Shown piece by piece: positions 1 to 12,908 of a DNA stretch of 64,000 nt (its first letter is position 1; every line of letters starts with the position of its first letter). The position numbers and the translations under genes are program-made. The DNA is from Octopus bimaculoides (lineage: Eukaryota), in the NCBI RefSeq assembly GCF_001194135.2, contig NC_068990.1:53252889-53316888 (forward strand), given 5' to 3'. The notes beneath the pieces were generated by a model. That model saw nothing but the letters and a program-made list of their open reading frames with translations. It did no database searches and was not told the origin of the DNA.

Positions 1-317
1 TCTTCTTTTCCTTTATGTACAATATATTCTTGTTGCTGCTGCTATTGTTGCTGCCCAGCACTGCAAATTCCTGCCACCTCCACCTCTTTCTGTCCTGCAC
101 TATAAATGCAACTGCATGCATTGTTTTCAGTCATATTTTTTTTCCTAGTAATTCACAATTTAGAAAAGGCAATTCTTGTTTTTATTTTTGTGCTAATTTT
201 TTTTTTTACATCTTGTGTCATATTCCATTTAGATATGAAGCAGGAGAAAATAAGAACATATTTCAAATTCCTTCACTACATAAATCAATGTTGATTATAT
301 AAATTAATAATAATAAT

Positions 318-494
318 CCTTTTTAGTAAAGGCACTAGGCCTAAAATTTAGCAGGAGACTAGTTGATGACATCGATCCCAGTGTTTCACTGGTACTTAAT
401 TTATCAACCCTGAAAGGATGAAAGGCAAAGTTGATCTCGGGCGAAATACTGCTAAGCATTTTGTCCAGCATGCTAACGGCTCTACCAGCTTGCC
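318..494 (-). mobile_element. tRNA-derived SINE, family A (AAGGCGGCGAGCTGGCAGAATCGTTAGC...GAGTTCAAAT...GACTTTGCCTTTCATCCTTTC), partial copy
   Basis: Reverse complement matches the many copies at 12696, 12991, 26292, 50661 and 61440. The family has A-box/B-box-like head motifs. Confidence 0.75.
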
Positions 495-1808
495 AATATA
501 AATAATAACAATAGGTATGTATATAACAAAATAAATCCAAAGAAACACCAACTATCCTTTAATTAGATTATTATGGCCATATTTTGCTGTAAATAAGAGG
601 TGACTAATGCTAATTAGAATGATCATTATTCAATGAATTTTAGTTATCGATTAGCTTATACTGTATAACTTATACTGTGACCACTCTCCATTTTATGAAA
701 CCAACTGAGCAAATTGCCACTAAGTTGTTATTTTCATCTGCTGCCATTAAAAAATTATAATTTTCAAATTATTATATATTTAGTAAATCCTTTCACCAAG
801 ATGTTGATCTCTAGAAGTGAAAAGTGGTATCTCTTAAGTATAACTTCTCCTGCTTCTTTACTATAATATTTCATTGATTTATTTCTGTTGTATAGCTTGA
901 GAGTCCAAAGAACTGTTCTGGTTTCATCACTGGATGTGTGACATGTTGATACCAGCTTTATACATATGGAACCTCGGAATAAAGGCCTATATCTCTATTT
1001 TGGGTGCAAAGAGTGGGTACTTAATGATTAGATCAACTATCTCATTATGTAAGAATTAATGAATCTGTGTCCACTTTAGGACCAAAGTTGTAGAGTTATA
1101 TTGACCAGTTTCTGGTAGAGCATTATATTCTGTTTATTGCCATAGTAATGACAAACTTTGTGGAAGCTGTCTGCTAATTCATGTTGAGTTCCTCATCGTT
1201 TCTTTTTCTTTTCTTACCAAAAATAGCTTCTTTCATCTTTGCAAAGTCATTTACAATTGACATCCTGCAGTGTATTGATTTATATACTTGGTGGAGTAGG
1301 GGTACTTATGCCTCTTTAATTATGAGGTGAACAATCATTGTTGATGTCAGTTTTTGTACAGTGCATCCTTTGTGCCATTACTTTCAGATTGCTGCATCAA
1401 TTCAGCACATAATTTGCAACCACTGATGTGTTCTGTTAGATATATTGGACACAAAAACAGACACAGCTTTATACTTTATCCTTGTTCTCAGGAATTTTTT
1501 TTTTTTCTCTGATAAAGCTTTTTTTGTTTCATCATGTCATAGTTAAGTTTATTTTTTTTACATCCTGGCTTGATAAGATGAGTCTTATAAATTCTCCTAC
1601 TAAAATGTGTGACTTTGTACCAGTGTTAGAAATCCTTACTCTATATGACGTTTATTGAAGTCTGTCAGTTTATAGATTACAATACCTTACTGCAGATGTG
1701 ACTAGCTAATTCTAACATCAATGCAAAATTATCAAATTTACAAGAACCTTGACCATTTGACCTACTTCAACTAAAAGGTCAAGTCTGCTTCACATAGTTT
1801 TCTTTTAA

Positions 1809-2025
1809 TCCTTTAGCATTCAAACCAGCCATATCTGGCCAAATAGTCAACTTGTTTTTATGCTCAAACCAGCCAGATCTGGCCTCTCACACCTGCCCTA
1901 CAATGTCCTTTTTAAAATAAGCAATCACATTGAAATCTCACAGCTACATTATAATGCATGATTAATTCAAAACAATGTGAATGAATAAGCATTACATTCG
2001 ACTAAGTTATCTGAATGCTAAAGGG
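1809..2025. mobile_element. piggyBac-type MITE
   Basis: TIRs (C/T)CCTTTAGCATTCA ... TGAATGCTAAAGGG, flanked by TTAA at 1805-1808 and 2026-2029. Confidence 0.8.
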
Positions 2026-4621
2026 TTAAAGAAGGGGCACAGCATTTAATTTTGCATTCTTTATTTGACTTAGCACTACAATTTCAGAATTTGGACAAAC
2101 AATTTCTAGAAAAATTACTTGTCATACTTTAGTATCCTATCCCTGAGGAGATTTGCCTCTCATTTAGCTCAATGATGATAAAATTACAGTCGAGCTCTAG
2201 CATTAATATTCCCTTTAAAAATATATCTTTTGATTTAAAATATTTTATTTTGTGTCATCAATGTAGTTTTAGCCATCCACACTCACCCTCATGCATTTTG
2301 ACATCATTGTATCTTTGTGAGTAGCTTTGGGTGATGCATGCATATGTCCTTGTATGGTAGTCTCTGTGATTATGCATATGTGTTCATGTATGCTCAAACC
2401 TATTTGTGTGTATGATCTGTGAAGTTCTGTGCACCTCAGTAAACTCAAATGTATTCAAGTTAAAAAACAAAATCCATTTATATATCCTATTTATTTTCCC
2501 TCTTTTTCTCTCCTATTTCTCTGTCATTTCTATTGTTCTCTGAAATGATAGTCTTTTACTTTCTCTGGTGACTTTTCATTTCTATTTCACCATTTTTGAG
2601 AATATGTTCAAATATATTCATTGCATTCACTTTATAGAGTAATTTTTGCTAACATCATCATTGTTATTGTGAGGGGGGATGTTCATTTGGATTGTACATT
2701 TGAAATGTAAACTTAATTCATGCACATTCCACATGCACCCATAGATGCATTCTAAGTAAAACTGTTGACCATATTCTCCGGAAAAAGTGGGCATCAAACT
2801 TTTGAGATGAAAGTTCACTGGACAATTGACTCTAGCTAAGTCTGCCTATTTCTAAGTAGTTCGTGTGACTTGTGTTCTTTTATGGAACTGACATCTTGTT
2901 AGAATATAATGCTGGTTGCAAAGAAACCCCAGAAATCATCTAGCATCTTATTCAGATAGATTTGTGTCCCTTAATACTAAAGAATGGAGCAGTGTGAAAT
3001 GAAGCATTTTAATCAGGAGAGCTGACTCAGTGAATGAAAGGGACTATCTTTTGATTGAAAAGGGTTCATCTTTTTGAAGTCTTTAAATAAGTACTTATAC
3101 CCAACTTTTAACCACCTCTTGTTCACACACATTTTCAAAAAGATGATTCGCACATCTTTCTATTCAAATCCTATTTTGCAGTGTTTAATAATTTTCCAAA
3201 ATGAAATGCAATGTCATATCTTGTTAATTAATTATTTGATTGCAACTGATGAGTCATGTGACAATAATTCCTATATTTTGCTTTTGTTTACATTTTTGTT
3301 TTTGCAATATTGTTTTATTGATCTCTACATAAAACTTAACTATAAATACTCATTAATTCTTTCATTTCTTCATCAGTGATTCATTCAATCATTCTGGTTA
3401 GACAGAATCTGATTTTAGTGAAGAACTTAATTTGGTGTCCCAACACTGAAGTCATCGTCTTCTCTGGACCCCCCACCCACCCTCTGCATATTTTGCTCTT
3501 TGTCTTTCACTTGCTTTCTGCTGTTAAATGAGTAAGGCAGTAACCAGCACCTTGTCTACACCAGTTCTTATTTCATGAGGTCGTTGGACTTAATGTTTTT
3601 CAGTTGATGTAATTTAAATATATCATTTGTAGTATTACATGTATATGTATTATCTGTGAAATTATATGTATTTATGTTGTAGTGGCAACCACAGCTACTA
3701 TAATTAGCATTCGGATTGTTGCTTGGTTTCTCAGCACTGTATGCCTTATCTTTGTTTCTGATTCTTCATCTACATTGGAAACTTTACATATAGCAACACA
3801 GAGTTACTAATTTCATATCATCCTTGTTGTGAAAGATGTAATATTTAGCTGTGTACTTCTATATAACCATTACTGGTGAATCTATAACCATATCATCTAT
3901 ATTTATTTCACCTCCAATTTTAAAATGAAGTTGTCCACTTGGTCATTTTCTTTATTCATTAAATTTTAGTCATTTTTCTAATTGGTTCTGATGATTAGTT
4001 GGAACCATTGTGGCACGTTAAATCATATCAAAACATTTGGTGACAGTGTGTAATGGAAATATTCTGGAACAGCAGTGTGAAGAGTTTTTAAAAAGTCTGA
4101 AGCAGTTTTCCTACTGAGATGGGGAGATGATACTTAGCAGGGTGTAACTCAGGTGGACATAACTTTCTCTGACAATTAGTTTAAGTCAAACTTTTGATCT
4201 CTGTGTTTCAAATGGGCCATACGTGTTTGGAACTTGCTGTAGTTTATGTTTTTTGTATATTGATCATTGAAAATATAGTACTTCTTTCCTTTCAGTTAAG
4301 CCTGACAACACTTTCTGTTATTAAAACAAAGATTTTTCTTCAACTTGTTGCAGTTATTTTCTTACTTGACTTGCTGTAACTATGACATTCCAGTTGTCAA
4401 CTAACCACTTTTTGATATTGTTATTAATTTGAAAAACCTAGGGAAATTTCTTTCTTTATTTGAAATCTTTGGTTTAGAAAATATAACCTTATTTTGAACA
4501 ATGTGGGTGGGGGGTCTTCCTACAAGTTAGGACTTGAAGTTTCTTCTTGGAAACAACTCTAAACCTTTAGCAATTCAGAAAATGTAGTGACAATTTTCAA
4601 AAGATGTTACTAAACTTTTTA

Positions 4622-6110
4622 CCCTTTTGATACCAACCTGCTTGATATTGCCTCAGGTTCTATTTTATGGAGTTCCTGTTTTAAACTGATCTAAATTAAA
4701 ACTTGTCATCAAAATTTCATGTTAATTTATGTTCCAATGACAAAGTTATTTTACAAGGGGTACCCAAAAGAAACCAGAATTTTGCAATATTATTTTATTC
4801 ACTTTTACATGTTTAAACTTTTACTGTCTTCAATGTATTCTCCATTTGAAGCAATGCATCAGTCCAGACGTATTTTCCACTGTTTGAAGCAGTCTTGAAA
4901 CTCTTTTGAAGTGATGCCTTTTAACGTCTCTGTTGTTTTTTCGTCACCCCTTCTGCATCTGCAAAACGTTTTCCATTAAGGACTTTTACTTTCAGGAGAA
5001 CAAAAAAAAAAGTCGCAGGGAGCAAGATTGGGTAAGCAGGGTCATGCCATTTTAGGTCAAAAGCTGTCTCACACTCAAGGCAGTATGCACAAGCGCAGTG
5101 TCATGATGTAACTATCACTCTCCACTTTGTCACAGGTCGGGGAATTTTAGTCTCACCACATCTCACAAATGCTTCAGAATTTCATAGTAAAATGTCTGGT
5201 TAACAGTTTGATCAGGAGGAACAAATTCTGTGTGGACAATTCCGTTCGCATGATGAAACATATCAGCATCGTCTTGACACGCTTTTTTGGGAGCATGGTG
5301 ACATTGTATGCTTCCATTGACTTGATTGCTGCTTCATTTCTGGGTCGTAGTCATAGCACCAGCTTTTGTCACCAGTGATGACCTTCAAAAAAGGGTCCAG
5401 ATCAACTTCCAACTGTTCTTTCAGTTTATGGCACACATTCAGTTGTGACTGCATTTGATCTTCTGTGAGCAAGTGAGGCACAAATTTTGCTGCAACTCTT
5501 TTCATTCACAATTTTTCACTCAAAATTCATTGACAGGAGCTCCAGGACACACCAGTCATATCAACATATCGTCAGTTGTTTGGTGAAGGTCCTCCAGGAT
5601 CAGTTCATGAATTTTCGTGATGTTTTCATTCGTTTAGGACGTTGACGGTTGTCCTGAACAAGGTTAGTCTTCCAACAACAAGTGACCATTTCTAAAGTGT
5701 GAAAATCACTTGTAAACTTGTGTTTTACTCATGGCAATGTCCTTGTAAGCTGTTTGAAGCAAGACAACTGTTTTGGCTGCTTTTTTTCCCAGCAGAAAAC
5801 AGAATTTTATGAAAGCACACTATTCTTTTATTTCAGCCATCGCAAAAATCAACAAACAAGGGGATGCACTGCATAACAATGACACACTACATGGCAGTAT
5901 GACCTCACTTAATGCCGCCGGTTGGCAGAGTGATGTCTGAGGGTCACATCAAGTGGCTTCTTGCAGCAGAAGTCTGAACTACAACCGGTTTGTCCCACAG
6001 AGAATGTTTCTTGTTACTTTTGGGTACCCCTTCATATACTTAATTTTTCATTATTTTCAAAATCAATTGAACCAAAGACAGTGTATTTCAACTGAAATAT
6101 GGTAAAAATG
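4622..6110. mobile_element. piggyBac-like MITE split by a mariner insertion
   Basis: Starts CCCTTTTGATACCAACC at 4622, resumes after 6036 and ends GGTAAAAATG|TTAA. An uninterrupted inverted copy of both halves lies at ~24690-24900. Confidence 0.6.
4754..6034 (-). mobile_element. Degenerate full-length mariner (Tc1/mariner) transposon, ~1.28 kb
   Basis: TIRs caaggggtacccaaaag (4754) and cttttgggtaccccttca (to 6034), with TA flanks. Minus-strand transposase remnants include VAAKFVPHLLT, VITGDKSWCYDYDPEMKQQSSQW and PNLAPCDFFLF (SPDLAPSDF motif). It carries stops and frameshifts. Confidence 0.9.
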
Positions 6111-6763
6111 TTAATCTGACAACTGGATGGTTTTACCTAGCTTCTGTTTAGAAGAATGATATAAGTTATTTTAATTAGCATTTCTTTCATTGATCAAACT
6201 TAATAAACTTCCTAGAAGCCTTCAAGAATTGTATTGAAATTGATAAAGAAAGATGAATTGTTTTGATTTCATTGTAAATTCCTTATACTGCTGCCATAGT
6301 TTTTTCCAGTCTATTTCTCTACTGGTCACTTGGTCAACTTCAATTTCTCCATGCTTCATATTTTGTGTTTTTTCTTACTGATCTTGGTAATATATTAAAT
6401 ATCTTCTCTTTCCTTCTTACTGATATTTAAAATTTTTTAAAATAAAATTTTAATTTTTCTTGCCTCCATTAATGAACCTAAATGCTAAACAAATTTTCAT
6501 TAAAACTTTTTCTTTTAAACATCCAGAAGGTTCTAACCTGTCTATATTCCTTAATTGTGCCTCCCTTGCCACTGCATGCTATAAAATATTAATAACTTCT
6601 ACTCATTATTTGCACACCTTGCATTAATAATAATTAACGGTTTATACCAGTGTATATGCAACTGATGTTTTCTTTCTTTCTTTACAATGTTCAAATGATT
6701 TAAAAGTATCCCTTTTTTCTGCTTTCCATTTTGATATATTTATTTTGTTGTTTTCCTCTGCAG

Positions 6764-9241
6764 AGGGTTTGATCAAGTTTCAGAAAACTAGTGATGGTGA
6801 TGAAGCTGAAGGAAGACTTACCCAACACTTTGGATGTGAAGAAGAGAGCAATAGTGATGAACCTCTGTCTCCTACACAGGAAGAAGACTCTAATCTCTCT
6901 GATATTGGTAGCCCAGTGTCCAGTATTACTGGCACCATAGATTTTGGCATTTTACGTACAAGAACCCCTGGTCAAAACCAGACATCATCTTCCACAAAAG
7001 CAACTGTAACTATACCACCTGGTCAACCTTATGCAGTTCCTTCTGGGTCCTCTGCTTTAGCAAACCGGCACACAGCTACTACTTCTCGAAATGGTAATTC
7101 CAATAGCGGTCAACACAAGTCACGGCCCAAAAAGCCCAAACCAAAAACACAACCTAAAGCTAAAGTTATCAAATTCCATGAATACAAGGGTCCACCAAAT
7201 ATTGTGAAAAACATTCAAAATGCAGCACAAAATTTGGCTAATAATTCTGAAACTCCTTACCATATTCTTCTTCAACAACAGCAACTATTTCTTCAATGGC
7301 AGCTGCAGTTTCAACAGAAAAAGATTGCGTCCAGCTCTAAAGGGAGTGAAAATCAGGGAACATCTTCTGCCCCTCATAGTTCCTCTGGCAACATGGTTAT
7401 GACTGGTTCCACCACATCACCAGCTAATGCAGCCAGCGTCACTGCTTCCACAAGTCAACCAAGTCCATCACCTCCACTGTTGCAGCAAAGACCGACGCCA
7501 TCACACACTCCACAGCCACAATCAACAAATCCTCACCACCATCATCATCACCACCATCACCATCATCACCATCAACAACAGCAGCAACAGCAGCAACAAC
7601 AACAAAAACAGCAGCAACAAAAGCATCAGCAGATAAGCTTATTATCCCAAAACCAAGCCCATCCATCCTCACTCCCACAAGTGTCTCCAGCTTCTTCCCC
7701 GTCACAAAAGACTGTAACTTCCATCACTGCACCAACTACAGCCAAATCACTCTCCAATCTAGAAGACATGAAAGTTGCTGATTTAAGGGCAGAGCTAAAA
7801 AAGCGAAACTTGACTGTGTCTGGTTCGAAGCCACAATTGATAGAACGCCTTCGTAATTATTTGGAGATTAAGTCCAACAACACAAACCCAACAGTAACCA
7901 ACACTTTACTGGACAGTAATAGTAACCTTTCTCTACAAGGAATTCAAGCCCTGATATACTCTCCAGAAGAGTCCATGGTTACAAATATTACCCCTCCAAG
8001 TTCGCCTAATTGTAAAGACAACTCAAACAAGTTGTCTACAATCTCTTTAGATAAGATGGAGGTATTGTCTAGCAACTTCCTTCTCCAGAAGAATCATCTT
8101 AACAGCAATACCATGAATAGCAACAGTAACAACAACAACAACAGCAACAATAACAATAGCAGCAGTAGTAGTAGTAATGGTAACAGTTCTGTGCCAATGA
8201 CAGTGGATTCTGTATCAAGACCACCTTCTGTAGCACCAAATGAAAATGCACCAATGGATGTTGACCAAGGGACTTCTCTTTCAGCAGAACTATCTCCTAA
8301 TGTCAATGGTGGGTCCAAAGCAGTTGGGGTGGTCTCTCCACAACAGCAGCAGCTACCAGTTCAAACTCAAGCTCAACAGAGAAGTATTCTGGGCCAGGAA
8401 GAACTGGTCAAGCAACAACAGAAAACAATTGAAGCTCTTCAGCGCCAGTTGCATGAATCACAAATGCAATTGCAGTTACAACTTCAACAACAACAATTAA
8501 AACTGCAGCAGCAGCAACAACAACAACACATCAATGTATTAAAACAACAACCACCATCGCCTCAACAAGTGATGGCAGTGCACTCACCACCTCAGGTGGT
8601 CAGCGTACAATCTCCACCACAGGTTATGAGTGTTCACTCACCACCTCAGGTAATGGCTCTACATTCTCCTTCTAGCATGATGGCTGTCCAGTCACCACAA
8701 ATGATGAATGTCCACAGTCCTTCCCAAATTATAAATGTCCAGTCTCCAACACAGATTCTCAATGTTCAGTCACCGAGTCAGGTGATCAACCCACAGTCCC
8801 CTCCTCAACATGTCATCACTGCTCAGTCCCCTCCTCAAATTCTAAATGTCATGAACATCACTGCTGCTGACTCCAAAGTGCCTATGGCTCCTGCCCTCCC
8901 TCACACATCGCCATTGCAGGTACAACAATCTCTCAAATCTCTTGGACTAACCTCAATTCCGATCTCAGCTCACTTACTTCAGACATCATCTCCCAGCGTA
9001 CAACCAACCCAAAGTCTACCTGCAGTGATTGTGACTACTTCAACTGCCACTACCGATATCAAACCCAACTTTGATGAATTATTTGGCAGCCCTCAACCAC
9101 AGTTGAGTCCTGCCAGTCCCGTTGAGCTGGCTAATCTGGCTTTGAACTATTCCACTTCACCAGCATCTGTATCGCCATTCCTGATTAGTGTATCTAAAGA
9201 CAGCTCAAGGGAAGGAAGTCCATCTCCAAAAGGTTTCATAG
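6764..9241 (+). CDS. MRTF: Myocardin-related transcription factor, large internal exon (B1 basic box, Q-rich region, SAP domain, coiled coil, S-P repeats); 3' boundary uncertain
   Basis: Acceptor ttttcctctgcag at 6751-6763, phase 1. The 873-aa ORF contains KPKKPKPKTQPKAKVIKFHEYKGPP (MRTF/myocardin B1 box, ~7117-7197), YHILLQQQQLFLQWQL (Q domain), LEDMKVADLRAELKKRNLTVSGSKPQLIERLR (SAP, ~7759-7860) and a coiled coil (~8386-8520). The ORF tail after ~9250 is low-complexity intron read-through. Candidate donors follow 9232, 9241 and 9251. Confidence 0.92.
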
Positions 9242-10029
9242 GTAGTCCCAGGTATAGTAATGTTGTTGTTATTATTCTTATTCTTCTTCCTATTATTATT
9301 ATATTATGGTGGCAAGCTGCCAGAATTGTTAGTGTTAAAACAAATGCTTTGCAGTATTTGTTCTGACTCTTCACATTTTGGGTTCAAATCCTGTGGTTTA
9401 TATCTTTTCCTGAAATCCATTAATGAAAGATATAGACATACATACATGTCTGTGTGTGTGTGTACACACACACTCTCTCTCTCTCTTACGTACACACACA
9501 CACACTAGTACAAACATGCTATCCTTAAGATAGCATGTTTTACATTGTATCATATATTTCTATAGTGTATATGCATAAGTATACATATGGCATACATGTG
9601 AGAAGAATGCTGGCAAGTCATGCGACATGAATGAAGCTCAAGCATCAATAAAGAAAAATGTAAAGTAGAGCTATAAGATGAAATTTAATTATATTAAACA
9701 ATGTGCATTGGTAAAACAATGGAAAATTACTACCTAAATACTACCAGTAAATTTAAATATATATATATACATATACACACATACTATGATGCATTTTTAA
9801 TACAGTTAGGATTTGTCTTAAAACACAATATCATCATAAATACCATTATCCTATTTACCTTTGTGCTTAGTGAAAAGTTGAGCCCATCTTGTACTCACAT
9901 TATTGTCACTAAAGTGTATTCTTTGTTTATATATAACATGCAGTTATATAATTAAATATTGTCACATGAAAAATGAAAGTGAAGTGAATTAAGCTGTTAT
10001 GTAAATATATAGTAAATTATATTAAAGCA

Positions 10030-11252
10030 ATGGGCATACATACACAAATATGCCCCACCAGCTTTGTTTTCTCATAACTTTCAGGAAAATACATATTTTT
10101 TTAATGAAATTTTCTATAAATACACTTCAGATGGTATAGATTACAATTATATTAGAATTTGTTGTGAAAAAAAAATTGGGGGAGAGGTGTTTGAAAAAAT
10201 TCCCACGAGTCAGTTTCTTTTCCTCATAACTTTCAGAAGACAAATGCTTTTCAGAGTGTGTAAGTTACAGTTATATAGGAATTTCATGTGATAAGAAGAA
10301 TGGTGAGCACACACACACACACACTTACTGACACACATCACAATTTTTTTTTAAAATTTCAACTCATTTTGTAGATATACATGATGTGTATTAGTATATA
10401 TGTGTGTTTTCCCACAAATTTTTTTCATATTAAATTCTGATATAATTGTAGCCTACACATTCTGAAAGGTATTTGTAGAAAATTTCATGAGAAAATAACC
10501 ATTTTTATGAAAGTTATGAGGAAACAAAGCCGACTTGTGTGAATTTTCTGAAGCTCCTCTCACAACCCTTGCTAAAATATTTTCACAACAAATTCTTATT
10601 ATCACAATGCGCAGAGACTGTAGTCTGGTCATGAACACTTTGCTCCTGTCAGTTACTGTATATCATTTTGCATGCACTAACAGAAGTCCATAATAAACAT
10701 ATAATTATAATTGGGGTATACATACACAAATGTGCCTCACCAACTTTGTTTCCTCATAACTTCTAGAAAATGGATATTTTTTCATGAAATTTCCTACAAA
10801 TATGTTTCAGATGGTGTAAATTCCCATTATATCTGAATTTGTTGTGGAAAATATTTTTTCAGGAGAGTGGGGAGAGGAATTTCAGAAAATTCACACAAGT
10901 TGGCTTTGTTTCCCCAGAGCTTTTGGAAAAATGAGTATCTTTAAATAAAAATTTCTACAACTACCCTTCCAAAGTGTGTAGATTTTGATTATATCGAAAT
11001 TTGTTTAAAAAAAAATATATGTGATGTGTGTCAGTATGTATGTATGCTATACCACCAATTTTTATTTTCATATTAAATTCTATTTTAATTGTAATCTTTC
11101 TGAAGTGTATTTGTAGAATTTCATTAAAAAATATCCGTTTTTTTCTGAAAGTTATGGAAACAAAGTGTTTTGGGTACATATGTGTAGGTATGCTGCAGCT
11201 TACTCCAGCCAGTTACTATATATCATTGTGCATGCTTTACCAGAAGTCCATA
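10030..11252. repeat. Tandem pair of AT-rich foldback (internally inverted) units in the MRTF intron
   Basis: Motif CTTTGTTTCCTCATAACTTTCAG occurs on + at ~10062, 10220, 10744 and 10903, and inverted at ~10510 and 11150. Both units end in AGTTACT(G/A)TATATCATT(T/G)TGCATGC...CAGAAGTCCATA (~10651-10692 and ~11211-11252). Confidence 0.7.
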
Positions 11253-11303
11253 GTATTTTTTAAAATTATGATCGTAGACATACATACACAGACAGACAGA
11301 CAG

Positions 11304-11366
<63 letters not shown>

Positions 11367-12358
11367 NNNNNNNNNNNNNNNNNNNNNNNNNNNNNNNNNN
11401 NNNNNNNNNNNNNNNNNNNNNNNNNNNNNNNNNNNNNNNNNNNNNNNNNNNNNNNNNNNNNNNNNNNNNNNNNNNNNNNNNNNNNNNNNNNNNNNNNNNN
11501 NNNNNNNNNNNNNNNNNNNNNNNNNNNNNNNNNNNNNNNNNNNNNNNNNNNNNNNNNNNNNNNNNNNNNNNNNNNNNNNNNNNNNNNNNNNNNNNNNNNN
11601 NNNNNNNNNNNNNNNNNNNNNNNNNNNNNNNNNNNNNNNNNNNNNNNNNNNNNNNNNNNNNNNNNNNNNNNNNNNNNNNNNNNNNNNNNNNNNNNNNNNN
11701 NNNNNNNNNNNNNNNNNNNNNNNNNNNNNNNNNNNNNNNNNNNNNNNNNNNNNNNNNNNNNNNNNNNNNNNNNNNNNNNNNNNNNNNNNNNNNNNNNNNN
11801 NNNNNNNNNNNNNNNNNNNNNNNNNNNNNNNNNNNNNNNNNNNNNNNNNNNNNNNNNNNNNNNNNNNNNNNNNNNNNNNNNNNNNNNNNNNNNNNNNNNN
11901 NNNNNNNNNNNNNNNNNNNNNNNNNNNNNNNNNNNNNNNNNNNNNNNNNNNNNNNNNNNNNNNNNNNNNNNNNNNNNNNNNNNNNNNNNNNNNNNNNNNN
12001 NNNNNNNNNNNNNNNNNNNNNNNNNNNNNNNNNNNNNNNNNNNNNNNNNNNNNNNNNNNNNNNNNNNNNNNNNNNNNNNNNNNNNNNNNNNNNNNNNNNN
12101 NNNNNNNNNNNNNNNNNNNNNNNNNNNNNNNNNNNNNNNNNNNNNNNNNNNNNNNNNNNNNNNNNNNNNNNNNNNNNNNNNNNNNNNNNNNNNNNNNNNN
12201 NNNNNNNNNNNNNNNNNNNNNNNNNNNNNNNNNNNNNNNNNNNNNNNNNNNNNNNNNNNNNNNNNNNNNNNNNNNNNNNNNNNNNNNNNNNNNNNNNNNN
12301 NNNNNNNNNNNNNNNNNNNNNNNNNNNNNNNNNNNNNNNNNNNNNNNNNNNNNNNNNN
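11367..12358. other. Assembly gap (N) in the MRTF intron; other gaps at 37915-37924, 44727-45374 and 52024-52330
   Basis: Runs of N seen directly. Confidence 1.
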
Positions 12359-12636
12359 CTATTTGCCTTAATTTCTCTATCTGTGTGTATTGGCATATCC
12401 CAGAGTATGGTTGCTTTCTCGTTTTCTGTGACCTTTTCTGGCGTGTGTTTATACCATCTTTTTTCTGTTGCTATTCCATAATGTTGGCATAGCTTCCAGT
12501 GTATATAGGTCCCAGCTCTGTCGTGTCTGTGAATATATTCCTTCTTAGCCAGGACTGGGCAGCCAGAGATAATATGATTTATTGTTTCTTGTCGATCTCC
12601 ACATATTCTACAGTTACTTGTTATATTTCTTTTCAT
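12359..12636 (-). mobile_element. 5'-truncated R4/Dong-clade RLE LINE fragment
   Basis: Encodes CRICGDRQETINHIISGCPVLAKKEYIHRHD (CCHC knuckle plus RHD) and ILWDMPIHTDREIKAN. Its 5' junction lies in a (TAA)n tract. Confidence 0.85.
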
Positions 12637-12656
12637 TATTATTATTATTATTATCA

Positions 12657-12694
<38 letters not shown>

Positions 12695-12695
12695 T

Positions 12696-12908
12696 GAAGT
12701 GGCGAACTGGCAGAATCGTTAGCATGCCAGGTGAAATGCTTAATGGTATTTCGCCCATCGCTACGTTCTGAGTTCAAATTCTGCTGAGGTTGACTTTATC
12801 TTTCATCCTTTCAGGGTTGATAAAACAAGTACCAGTTGAACACTGGGGTTGATGTAACTGACTCATCCCTTCCCCCAAAATTACTGCCCTTGTGGCAAAA
12901 TTTGAAAC

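Noticed and set aside
3246-3266. Hammerhead-like core CTGATGA-GTC-ATGT-GAC-AATA
   Set aside because: GAAA is replaced and stems I/III cannot be built convincingly. The similar motif near 23028-23053 is also non-canonical. At most these are dead relics.
5047-5056. Perfect CArG box CCATTTTAGG in the MRTF intron (possible autoregulation)
   Set aside because: It lies inside a mariner remnant, and several CC(A/T)6GG matches are expected by chance in 64 kb of AT-rich DNA.
1-6763. Search for upstream MRTF RPEL exons
   Set aside because: No RRxxxEL/RPxxxEL-type coding segment with splice sites was found. These exons probably lie before the window.
9252-9366. Hydrophobic C-terminus (VVIILILLPIIIILWW) of the 873-aa ORF resembling a transmembrane helix
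   Set aside because: It is read-through into (TTA/TTC)-rich intron sequence after the donor sites. The genuine MRTF C-terminus is encoded at 15064-16730.
11028-12777. Long ORFs spanning N-gaps (also 44634-45401, 44719-45390 and 51958-52489)
   Set aside because: Their length comes from undetermined bases. Only the flanking retroelement fragments are real.
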